A DNA stretch of 64,000 bases from a virus. The position numbers and the translations under genes are program-made. Position 1 is the first letter of the stretch, and each line of letters begins with the position of its first letter. This document shows, in pieces, positions 48,669 through 56,658 of the stretch. The notes beneath the pieces were generated by a model that was not told where the DNA came from, made no database searches, and saw only the letters and a list, made by a program, of their open reading frames with translations. The DNA is taken from positions 1 through 64,000 of the IMG/VR virus record IMGVR_UViG_3300027969_000050; one strand, written 5' to 3'.

Positions 48669-49049
48669 CTAGTCTACAGGCTGGCCGAGCGCCGCAGCCG
48701 CGATTTGCTGCGCCTGTGACTTGGTGCAATCGGCGCAGGCCTGCAATGCCTCTACAAACTTAGTGTTATTGGCCTTATACGCCTCTAACTCAATGCTTAG
48801 TTGTTCTACGTCTGATTGACTGACGCTATGGCTAGAGACCTCTAATAGCTTGGTCTGGGAGTCTTTCAGATCTTTACGAAGGGAATCAACCTCCACTTGA
48901 CGCATTGCGCTTGCTTGCTCAGTTGTGCTTCGCGCCGCTGCGACCGCCTCTCGAGCCTCGATTAGAAGGCTCTCAGAAGCCGCTAGTTGGCGCTGGAGAT
49001 CAGAAGTTTTTTGGACGGCATCAAGATACTGCTGACGATAATCAGCCAT
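48669..49049 (-). CDS. Coiled-coil hypothetical protein
   Basis: Heptad pattern; TAATG coupling. Confidence 0.6.
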   Translation of the reverse strand: MADYRQQYLDAVQKTSDLQRQLAASESLLIEAREAVAAARSTTEQASAMRQVEVDSLRKDLKDSQTKLLEVSSHSVSQSDVEQLSIELEAYKANNTKFVEALQACADCTKSQAQQIAAAALGQPVD

Positions 49050-49375
49050 TACTGCGCCTTCATTGACGAAACCGCGTCTGCCGTCTTTTGGATGTTCGCA
49101 AGATCCGACGCCGAAGCAACAGATAACTTCGACTCAGACGGGAGCTTGCTGGACTCCTCTACAAGCCGCTCGCCCATTTTCTCTGCCGCCTCTTTATTCA
49201 AAGAGAAGGAGATCTGGCCAAACGGAACCTGAAGCGGGTTTCCGTCACCGGAATCAAGTGGAAGCATTTGCCCAATTGTGAGATTGACCCTGAGACCAGC
49301 CTTGGCTGCTTCCTCGTCCTCCGGAACCGAGAGGCTCATACCCATTACATTAATCTCTGCGTTGAATGCTGTCAT
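49049..49375 (-). CDS. Hypothetical protein
   Basis: 108 aa, leaderless start. Confidence 0.6.
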   Translation of the reverse strand: MTAFNAEINVMGMSLSVPEDEEAAKAGLRVNLTIGQMLPLDSGDGNPLQVPFGQISFSLNKEAAEKMGERLVEESSKLPSESKLSVASASDLANIQKTADAVSSMKAQ

Positions 49376-49381
49376 TGCTAA

Positions 49382-49426
49382 ATCCTATCACTTGTCATTG
49401 GTTTGCCTACCCGTCCAAAAGGATGG
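49382..49426 (-). promoter_or_regulatory. Operator-coupled leaderless promoter
   Basis: CCATCC-TTTT-GGACGG, 1 nt, TAGGCA, 16 nt, TAGGAT, 6 nt, ATG. Confidence 0.65.
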
Positions 49427-49434
49427 GTTTACTA

Positions 49435-50049
49435 TCAATCGATTAGCCCTTGACGAAGAGCAGCGCTAACCGCCGCCCCCTTGTTATGGACGCCGAGTTT
49501 GGAATAAATATTGCGAAGGTGGAATTTGATTGTGGGTTCAGCGATGTAAATCTCCCCCGATATTTTCTTTGCGGTAAGCCCGTCCGCGACCAAGATCAAG
49601 ATCTCGCGTTCACGCGGGGTCAGCTTGCACGGCCTCCCTGCGTCTCTGAGAGTTCCTACGAGCTGCGAGTGAATCTCCCCTAGAGCGGTCTCACCACGAG
49701 CCACTTGCTTGACCACATCAAAAATGCTTTTTGGGGACCGAGTTGCAAACCCCATCAATCCATTCGCCACAGCCTCAACGAAATCTATCGTGTGGCAGCT
49801 ACAGCAGATTAAGACCGGGGCCGCTTCTGATTCGGCCTCGTGCAGCTTGCGAATTATCTGCGGGCCAGAAAGTCCCGGGAGGCAGGCTCCCAAAATCGCA
49901 ACGGTTGGAGCTTCAATAATAAGCTCTTGAAGGGCCTTGGCTCCGTCCGACGCGGAGCCTAAAACACGGCCCTCAAACAACTGTGACAGGCCGATGATTG
50001 AAATTGGATCGTCAGCTATGTAAACGCTAAACCCCTGCTCTAAGCCCAC
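49435..50049 (-). CDS. NarL/LuxR-family regulator with degenerate receiver domain
   Basis: LTPREREILILVADGLTAKKIS..TIKFHLRNIYSKLGV; receiver VAILGACLPGLSG lacks the phospho-Asp. Confidence 0.9.
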   Translation of the reverse strand: MGLEQGFSVYIADDPISIIGLSQLFEGRVLGSASDGAKALQELIIEAPTVAILGACLPGLSGPQIIRKLHEAESEAAPVLICCSCHTIDFVEAVANGLMGFATRSPKSIFDVVKQVARGETALGEIHSQLVGTLRDAGRPCKLTPREREILILVADGLTAKKISGEIYIAEPTIKFHLRNIYSKLGVHNKGAAVSAALRQGLID

Positions 50050-50078
50050 TTTTTCTCCAATGATGGTGTGTGGGCGGA

Positions 50079-50107
50079 ACTATACAGACGGATGGGGTCT
50101 AGGTCAA
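50079..50107 (-). promoter_or_regulatory. SigA-type promoter of regulator, overlapped by operator copy
   Basis: TTGACC-17-TATAGT; operator 50080-50095. Confidence 0.75.
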
Positions 50108-50595
50108 GAAAGCGCCGATGCGCCATACGAAGAAGCCGCAAAATGCGTTAATTCTTTAGCGTGGGACTGGGTGAAGCCCTCAAAGGGATCAACCTGAATC
50201 GCCATCGTCGGAACCGACAAGGAACGACGCCTTGCCCATTCAACCCCGTCTTCGTAGATGTGGTCGTCCATCCAAACCAGCGGTCGGTCCTCGTGTTCAT
50301 TGTCCTCTAGGTATCGGTCGATTCCGTAGAGCTTGAAGGTTTGGTGATTGAGATCCATCGAGGCAAAGCTGATGGCGTCAAGAGGTGGGAGATCATGAAG
50401 AGGCCCAACGTCAATGTTGGCCGTCGTTCCTCTCATCGTCGCCCAGACAATCTCGTAGGACTCCATAAGATGCGTCAAGGCATCGCGGGTTCGAGGACTC
50501 CAATACACCTGCATCTCAGGATGCCATGTGTACGAAGGGGCGGGGGCGAACGGGAAAAGAACGCCGTCAACATCAAGCAAAAGTAGTGGTCTCAT
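50104..50595 (-). CDS. HAD-superfamily phosphatase (Swiss-army-knife RNA repair-like)
   Basis: LLLLDVDGVL, WAT, PLVWMDD; TG-A-TAAACT 6 nt upstream. Confidence 0.85.
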   Translation of the reverse strand: MRPLLLLDVDGVLFPFAPAPSYTWHPEMQVYWSPRTRDALTHLMESYEIVWATMRGTTANIDVGPLHDLPPLDAISFASMDLNHQTFKLYGIDRYLEDNEHEDRPLVWMDDHIYEDGVEWARRRSLSVPTMAIQVDPFEGFTQSHAKELTHFAASSYGASALS

Positions 50596-50624
50596 TGCTT
50601 TAGTTTATCACATTCGGTAAGAGA

Positions 50625-50654
50625 TTGACACCGCGTATCTTTTCATGCTAGACT
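50625..50654 (+). promoter_or_regulatory. SigA-type promoter
   Basis: TTGACA-18-TAGACT with extended TG. Confidence 0.7.
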
Positions 50655-50744
50655 TCTCACATCAGGCAAATGGATTAGCGAATCAGTAAGTTTGAGTTTT
50701 GTTGCTACTCTATTTGCGTCAGGTAATTCAAACAGGAGAATCAC

Positions 50745-51287
50745 ATGTCTAGTCGTACCAAGCAGCGCCCCAAGACCAAGGCCAAGGCCAAGGTAGTAAC
50801 CACACGGAAGCAGAGCATCACCAAACAGTTCCGTGCCAAGGCAATGGCTCGTGCAAAGGTTCTCGCCCCTCAGGTTCATGAGTACCATGAACTGATCGAG
50901 TTCCTCGATATGACGGCTCCGAAAGTGGCGCCGAAGCCAGAAGCAGCAAAGCCAAAGGCAAAGGCCGCGCCTAAGAGCCGTTCGCGTAAGCGCACAGCTA
51001 CCAAGGCAACAGGCAAGCGCCGAGGCGCTCCGCCGCGCAGGGCGACTGAGTTCGCCAATCTGGTAAATGAGAACCCCGGCATGACCGTCCGTGAAGCTTC
51101 AAAAAAGCTTGACGACGTAAATGAGACCTACCTGCACCGCATCGGTAAGGATCTCGTCGGTGACGGAACGCTCCGCAAGGAAGGTTCCGGGTACTACCCA
51201 GCAGGAAACGCAGTGGTCGTCGAAGCCGCTCCGGTAGTAACGGAGACCCCGGCAATGACGCCGGTTGAAACGCCAGAAGCCTTCTAG
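50745..51287 (+). CDS. Basic nucleoid-associated-like protein: helical N domain, K/A/P/R linker, C-terminal winged HTH
   Basis: AGGAG SD; RATEFANLVNENPGMTVREASKKL..TYLHRIGKDLVGDGTLRKEGSGYYP. Confidence 0.75.
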   Translation: MSSRTKQRPKTKAKAKVVTTRKQSITKQFRAKAMARAKVLAPQVHEYHELIEFLDMTAPKVAPKPEAAKPKAKAAPKSRSRKRTATKATGKRRGAPPRRATEFANLVNENPGMTVREASKKLDDVNETYLHRIGKDLVGDGTLRKEGSGYYPAGNAVVVEAAPVVTETPAMTPVETPEAF

Positions 51288-51309
51288 GCGTTTCTTCCAT
51301 ACGCAGTAA

Positions 51310-51340
51310 GCGGCCCGCCTTTGTGCGGGCCGTTTTATTT
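51310..51340 (+). terminator. Intrinsic terminator
   Basis: CGGCCCGC-CTTTGT-GCGGGCCG-TTTTATTT. Confidence 0.88.
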
Positions 51341-51368
51341 TCTCGTCCAGTTCCAATCCGTAAAGAAT

Positions 51369-51677
51369 GTGATCTGGCAAGACGCAGTTTTCTCGTTTGG
51401 AGCTTTGATATTCGCCGTAGCCTTGCTTCCGGCAATACTCACCAAGCGCTACCCGCCGATCTCAACGTGTGTTGTCACGGCTCTACTTCTCGTGGCATTC
51501 GCAGTTGCCGACGCATCGCTCGGTCTCGTGTTCGCCACCGCTTTTTCACTGCTTGACGCAGCCCTATGGGGCTATATGGGGGCTAAGCAGCTTCGTGGTA
51601 AGAGCGCTCGATCTCTTCCGAATCAAGGCTCGACACATCAAACACCCGACCAAGATGCCTTAGAAGGTCCTCAGTGA
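51369..51677 (+). CDS. Three-TM small membrane protein
   Basis: Three hydrophobic segments; TAA-AGAA-T-GTG start. Confidence 0.6.
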   Translation: MIWQDAVFSFGALIFAVALLPAILTKRYPPISTCVVTALLLVAFAVADASLGLVFATAFSLLDAALWGYMGAKQLRGKSARSLPNQGSTHQTPDQDALEGPQ

Positions 51678-51891
51678 GGTAGGGAGCGTCCCAATCGGTG
51701 CGACGAAGGAAAGTGTCGATGCAGGGGAAGCTAAGCGCAGTCCTCATAGCCATTGCGTAGTTTCCGCCTATAACTCCAACTGACAGGCGGTCGTGTCTGA
51801 CTTTGGCGTACAGAGACCGTGAGTCCTCTAGTTCGCCCTCCCATTGGCAGATGTGCCACTCGGACACCTTACGAAGGGCGATTATCTTCAT
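51583..51891 (-). CDS. Hypothetical protein
   Basis: QWEGELEDSRSLYAKVRH; promoter TTGACA-17-TATCTT at 51927-51955. Confidence 0.6.
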   Translation of the reverse strand: MKIIALRKVSEWHICQWEGELEDSRSLYAKVRHDRLSVGVIGGNYAMAMRTALSFPCIDTFLRRTDWDAPYLTEDLLRHLGRVFDVSSLDSEEIERSYHEAA

Positions 51892-52004
51892 TGTGCTTTC
51901 CCCACAGAGCATCAAACATTGCAGCGAAGATAGGGTACAAGAAAGCCGCTGTCAAATCTCCAGCGTGATGAGCGACTGTTCTAATTGGGTTCACGTTTAA
52001 ATCT

Positions 52005-53507
52005 CTACCGGTTCGCCAAATTGATGTTGGCGATGTGGGCCGTCGTTACGTCAGGCGGCTGTTGAGGATTCGGCGCATAGCGTAAAATCCAGTCCCGCGA
52101 TGGAATTTCTTTTTTGATCTCTTGGAAGGAAATCGCATCATCCGCGCTCAGTCCGTAATCGGTGCGGGTCAAGCCACGCTCGATTTCTTCCGCCGCGCCG
52201 GGAAATTCGTATTGATACGGAAGCCGGTGAACCCCGTCAGTATCGTAGGCATACTGGTCGTCATGGGTAAAGAAATGCCACGGCGTTACCGGACTCTCGA
52301 CGTATTCGCCATTGACTACATCGCGGGACGGCACGTCTACATAATGCATTCCAATACTAAGCTCAGGGTAGGCTTGCTGATGTGCAATAGCCCATTCCAA
52401 GCAACTTCCGAACATCCCATTCTCGGCTTCGTCCTCTGACGGCACCCATCGAGCGCCCAGCACATAGGAAGATTCACGAGGAGAAAGCTTCGCTAGGGGC
52501 TTATCCCAAGCGCCAGCCTTTTCTTGAATGCTTAGGTCGCCCACAACTGGCAGTCCAATGTCGGACGGATGCATGTATTGAGGAGGCGTTGGATTTCCTT
52601 GGTAGTCTTGGTAGGGTCCCACATATTGGAACCTATGACCATTAGGCTTATACGGCTTGCGAGTAGATCGAATAACGAAAACAGGAAGGGAGGTCAGGCC
52701 CAACTGTTCCGCAATTCCGACTCGGTGATTCCCTTCTGAAACGTGTGCCTCTCCAGTTAGTTCATTGAACTCAACCACGACCGGTTCCTGAACACCATTC
52801 TGGGCGATACTGTCCTTTAGTTCATCTATGGCGACACTGTCCTTCAGTGCATCTACGTCCTCTCCGAAACGGTCGTACTCGAGAAGTTCTGTCAGCAATT
52901 GAGTGGGAACGTATCCGGTAAATTCCTCCAAAAAAGCAGTCTTTTTTTGGGAAGCCTGAATTCCCGGCTTCATCTCCCTGATGCTGGACTGGTCAATTGG
53001 GTCGCTGGCCCAGTCGGCTCCTTCTCCCCAAGACAAGCACTTACAGCTTTCGTAAAGCTCGTCACATTCGGGGCAGACATGCGGGTCCTTGTCTAGGCGA
53101 CCAAACTTTGCCGTTCCAAGAAAAGAAGTCAAGGCGTCAGAGATCTGCTTCTGATCCTTTTCCGAACAGTTCCACCCTCGGGCCGTCGGAATGTTTACGT
53201 CGCCAGTGACCCGAGAAACGTGACCCCGATGAATTGGCCCAATGAGATCCCCGTCAATGGCTTGCATTATTTGTGCGTGCAAGCTTCCCGGGGGCGCTAA
53301 AAATATTTTTCTTGCGCCCATGTCAACGAGGAAAGGCGTCGTTTCGGGCTGAAAATTTTCATCATCGTCAACGTCAACCCATTGGATCTCGTATTTTGGC
53401 TCGTTAGGAGCGACAGAGTTTGGAAAGTTTCCGGGCTGAATAGACTTGCCGGAGTCCCCGTCCTCGCCCCAGTCCGAATCATAAGCATCAGAAAGACGCC
53501 GGTACAT
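52005..53507 (-). CDS. Multidomain protein with ParB/Srx-like domain and papain-like Cys-His-Asp domain
   Basis: LKDSIAQNGVQEPVVV..SEGNHRV; GSCLEWA..WHFF..YDTDG. Confidence 0.75.
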   Translation of the reverse strand: MYRRLSDAYDSDWGEDGDSGKSIQPGNFPNSVAPNEPKYEIQWVDVDDDENFQPETTPFLVDMGARKIFLAPPGSLHAQIMQAIDGDLIGPIHRGHVSRVTGDVNIPTARGWNCSEKDQKQISDALTSFLGTAKFGRLDKDPHVCPECDELYESCKCLSWGEGADWASDPIDQSSIREMKPGIQASQKKTAFLEEFTGYVPTQLLTELLEYDRFGEDVDALKDSVAIDELKDSIAQNGVQEPVVVEFNELTGEAHVSEGNHRVGIAEQLGLTSLPVFVIRSTRKPYKPNGHRFQYVGPYQDYQGNPTPPQYMHPSDIGLPVVGDLSIQEKAGAWDKPLAKLSPRESSYVLGARWVPSEDEAENGMFGSCLEWAIAHQQAYPELSIGMHYVDVPSRDVVNGEYVESPVTPWHFFTHDDQYAYDTDGVHRLPYQYEFPGAAEEIERGLTRTDYGLSADDAISFQEIKKEIPSRDWILRYAPNPQQPPDVTTAHIANINLANR

Positions 53508-53509
53508 AA

Positions 53510-54331
53510 CTACGTTTTAATAATGTAGTTAAGGGCTAGGGAGGGCTGCATGTTTGGATGCGAGCCGCCGTCCCCAGTGTAATCAGTAAATCCGGTAACG
53601 GAGTGGCGATGGTCAGCGTTTTGCGGAGCGGTCCCGCCGCTGTGATTGTGGGCTGCTGGGCCGTTAGCCCCTACATCTAGGTACCCTCGCTCGAATGGTC
53701 CAACGCTCGTTCCGCCTGCAAACTTTGCGGTTCCGGCTGTACGATAAACGCCGCCAGAGCCGCCTTGATTATTCAAAGAGTGAGTATGACTCAAAGACTG
53801 GTTTTCGGTCCCCGTAGTAAAGCTGTGGGCGTGGTCGGTATCTTGGATCCCAGTTCCAAGCGTGGTACCACTGTGACGATGAGATGGGATCTGCGCTGTC
53901 GTCAGCGTATGGGATTCCGTACCAAACACGCTGGCAAGGGTTCTTGCGGTTAAGCCAGATCCGGTTCCAACTCCAACAATAGCGCGGCCCCGAAGGTCGG
54001 GAAGCGTGAAACTTCCGCCGGAGCCGCCGTATGTATAGGCGACAACAGCGAATAGGTCGGCGTAGGTCGTAGTTGATACGCTTGCACCATCACAGAGCAG
54101 ATATCCAGTTGGAGACGAGCTGCCAGCGTAGGGAAGGATTACTCCGGTGATTCCCGTGCCAGCAGCGCCAGTTGGTCCGGTAGCTCCTGTCGGTCCTCCT
54201 GAAGGCCCCGTTGGTCCTGTTGATCCGGTAGGTCCGGTGGATCCAACTGACCCTGTCGGGCCTGTTGGGCCTGTTATTCCTGTTGGTCCGGTGGGTCCTG
54301 TTTGTCCGGCCTTACGAGTAAGGCTAGTCAT
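53510..54331 (-). CDS. Collagen-stalk tail collar-domain fibre
   Basis: GPT repeats; [30 protein letters not shown]; HxH; [16 protein letters not shown]. Confidence 0.88.
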   Translation of the reverse strand: MTSLTRKAGQTGPTGPTGITGPTGPTGSVGSTGPTGSTGPTGPSGGPTGATGPTGAAGTGITGVILPYAGSSSPTGYLLCDGASVSTTTYADLFAVVAYTYGGSGGSFTLPDLRGRAIVGVGTGSGLTARTLASVFGTESHTLTTAQIPSHRHSGTTLGTGIQDTDHAHSFTTGTENQSLSHTHSLNNQGGSGGVYRTAGTAKFAGGTSVGPFERGYLDVGANGPAAHNHSGGTAPQNADHRHSVTGFTDYTGDGGSHPNMQPSLALNYIIKT

Positions 54332-54795
54332 TAGCTAAGAGCCGTCCAACTAACGCCGTCGCCACTTGTCGTTGCGTCAATGTAAATCAAGCTCGGGTTT
54401 GTGATATCAATAGTTACCGTATCGCCAATACCGAGCGGCGTACCCCTGCGGGTAGGGCTTCCTTGAGTTCCGGGAGCAGCAACACAAGTAGATCCGCCAA
54501 CAACAATTGTTCCGGTGTTTGTTGACAAAGCTGTAATGATAATTTGTTTAATTGTTGCCGACGCGGCGAGGGAGGCTCGAGTTCCGGCTGTTGTGACTAC
54601 TTTAATTCCATCGGTAATTGTCGTGTTGGCAATTAAAGGAATCGTAACGGGTAAAGGATTGGCCGCCGTAACGTGACTGGCAACACCGTCTCCACCCATA
54701 TCTAGCTTTATGTACTGGTACTGCACGCCCCCAACATCGTCGGAAGCGATGTTCGCGGTTCCGGAACTAGCATTAATTATTACGTTATCAGCCAT
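54331..54795 (-). CDS. Virion structural (fibre adaptor-like) protein
   Basis: [27 protein letters not shown]; late motif. Confidence 0.65.
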   Translation of the reverse strand: MADNVIINASSGTANIASDDVGGVQYQYIKLDMGGDGVASHVTAANPLPVTIPLIANTTITDGIKVVTTAGTRASLAASATIKQIIITALSTNTGTIVVGGSTCVAAPGTQGSPTRRGTPLGIGDTVTIDITNPSLIYIDATTSGDGVSWTALS

Positions 54796-54871
54796 CAACC
54801 TTTACAGTCCCGCTAACCAGAGATTTCCGGGGTTGGTTGCGCGGAGCAATTTTGTCTGCTACCTTTCCCGA

Positions 54872-55057
54872 ATGGATACAGAACAAAACAGAGAGATAGA
54901 GTATGAGGAATATGTCAAAGCTATCTCTCTTGACAGCGAGCTAATCAAGAACGGAAAGATTGAAATTCCTTCGTTTGAAGAGTGGCTTTCTTATCAGCTT
55001 TACTCTGAGCAAATATCAGTAGGCAAATCACCTAGGAGGCAATGTGCCAGTAATTAA
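54872..55057 (+). CDS. Small hypothetical protein
   Basis: Leaderless behind TTGCGC-17-TACCTT (54837-54865). Confidence 0.6.
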   Translation: MDTEQNREIEYEEYVKAISLDSELIKNGKIEIPSFEEWLSYQLYSEQISVGKSPRRQCASN

Positions 55058-55241
55058 ACCGCGTCGTCGTCGGGTTTGGGAAAATCCGCCAGAGAGCCGC
55101 AAGGCTTGGAAAAAGAATAAGAAGGCCGATCTTCGGAAGGCTGGCTTGGAAACTCGCCATGCGGTCAAAAAGGCCGCAGTAAAGGCAGAGAAACGGGCCG
55201 CCAAGAAGGAAGCAAGGGAGTCGGCAAATGAGAACGCTTAA
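55044..55241 (+). CDS. Small very basic protein
   Basis: AGGAGG SD, GTG start, K/R/A rich. Confidence 0.6.
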   Translation: MPVIKPRRRRVWENPPESRKAWKKNKKADLRKAGLETRHAVKKAAVKAEKRAAKKEARESANENA

Positions 55242-55479
55242 GCTTTTTCGCTGGGTCATTGAGACGCGAGCGCATCGAACACGATTCATCGGCTTAGGCA
55301 TCGAGATTGACCCCGCAGTAGGCGGAGTCGGATTTCTCTTCTGCCTACCGCTCATTGATGTTTCGTTCGACGTTTGGAGCTTAAGCCACCTGCAAAAGGC
55401 GGCGGAGCAACTAGCGGAGTTAGTTAACGCTGAAAAGCCTGACTGGAGCATTTACGCCCCAGCCAAGCAAAAGCATTAG
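55228..55479 (+). CDS. Hypothetical protein
   Basis: GGGAG SD; operon context. Confidence 0.5.
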   Translation: MRTLKLFRWVIETRAHRTRFIGLGIEIDPAVGGVGFLFCLPLIDVSFDVWSLSHLQKAAEQLAELVNAEKPDWSIYAPAKQKH

Positions 55480-55652
55480 TCGTCTCGGTTAGAAACACTG
55501 ACAATGTGGCTTGGGTTTAGCGCAAGCCGCATCTCGGCACCGTCTGGGCCAATCGTCGTTAATTCAACTAGTGGTCCTTGAAGGTCCTTGATCTCGTCTA
55601 GGCTCTCAACGACTACATAGTTGCCTTGGGTGGTACTGATTACAGTTGACAT
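55476..55652 (-). CDS. 58-aa protein (not in ORF track)
   Basis: MSTVISTTQGNYVVVESLDEIKDLQGPLVELTTIGPDGAEMRLALNPSHIVSVSNRDD; AAGGAG SD; TG-A-TAGAAT at 55684-55692. Confidence 0.7.
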   Translation of the reverse strand: MSTVISTTQGNYVVVESLDEIKDLQGPLVELTTIGPDGAEMRLALNPSHIVSVSNRDD

Positions 55653-55695
55653 GAATTACTCCTTGTGTGGTTTGTTACAAGGTATTCTATCACAA

Positions 55696-55923
55696 CTATA
55701 GTCCGGGCTTCTGCAATACCCCCTGCAAGAGTCCTGTGGCTTGGTTTAGCAGGTTTACGGCGTTGTTTACGTCCGCATCGGGGTTATTAGCTAGAGCTTG
55801 AGTCATCTGCTGAATGGACAGCAATTGCGTGACGAGGGGCTGAAGGTTGGCGTTTTGCGCGCTTACGCGCCCCAACCCGTGACGAATCGACCGCTGCTCG
55901 TCTCTATCAAAGCTTTTAGGCAT
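55696..55923 (-). CDS. Small helical protein with late-type start motif
   Basis: TAA-AGGC-TG-ATG. Confidence 0.6.
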   Translation of the reverse strand: MPKSFDRDEQRSIRHGLGRVSAQNANLQPLVTQLLSIQQMTQALANNPDADVNNAVNLLNQATGLLQGVLQKPGL

Positions 55924-55949
55924 CAGCCTTTACGCGGTTGTATTTGGAT

Positions 55950-56023
55950 AAAAGAAGGGCCGGGTTCCCGAGAGGTTCCCGACCCTTCCCCACACAACCA
56001 TCATGGCTGGCATCACACCAGCT
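55950..56023 (-). ncRNA. Putative ~74-nt small regulatory RNA
   Basis: TG-C-TATGCT promoter (56029-56037), 5' hairpin, GU-rich linker, 11-bp terminator stem plus TTTT; no ORF. Confidence 0.65.
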
Positions 56024-56064
56024 TGTAAAGCATAGCAGACTCCTTATGTGCTATACTATTGGCT

Positions 56065-56658
56065 ATGCCCAACTGGTGTTTAAACAAATTAGAAATTGAC
56101 GGACGACCAGAGGTGCTTTCCAGATTCTACGAGGAAAACCTCTCAGAAGAGGGAAGCTCGCTGTCATTCAGTAGATCCGTTCCGCTCATGGACCCGCTTA
56201 AGTTTGAAAGCACTTTGATTCCCTTGGCCGTAATTGTTTGGGGAACCAAATGGGACGCCTGTGAGGTAACGGCCTTTGCTGATGAGGCTTTGACCGACCC
56301 AATTGATATTGCTCGGCGCATCGGAGAAGGGGCAAAGTTCTATTACAAGTTTGACACCGCTTGGTCTCCGCCAGTCGAGTGGCTGGAGCAGATCGCCCCC
56401 AAGTATCCGGAGATCTCTTTTCGGCTGTCCTTTGTGGAGCCGGGAATGGATTTTATGGGAGAAGACGTCCATGAGAACGGGGAGCGCAAGTCTAGTTCTA
56501 GCGGCCCAATGGACTACAAGTTTGCTTCTGAGCGAGGGTTGCTATCATGGCCAGACTGTTACGGATGCGGTGATCCGCACACCGAAGAGTTTGTCAACGA
56601 AGAGCTTTGTGAGAAGTGTGCAGAGCAAGACCTAATGATGAGAGGAAAACCATCGTGA
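56065..56658 (+). CDS. YubB/DUF1281-like ferredoxin-fold protein
   Basis: MPNWC.N, WGTKWDA, FDTAWSPP, EPGMDF.G; TG-C-TATACT promoter 56049-56057. Confidence 0.85.
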   Translation: MPNWCLNKLEIDGRPEVLSRFYEENLSEEGSSLSFSRSVPLMDPLKFESTLIPLAVIVWGTKWDACEVTAFADEALTDPIDIARRIGEGAKFYYKFDTAWSPPVEWLEQIAPKYPEISFRLSFVEPGMDFMGEDVHENGERKSSSSGPMDYKFASERGLLSWPDCYGCGDPHTEEFVNEELCEKCAEQDLMMRGKPS

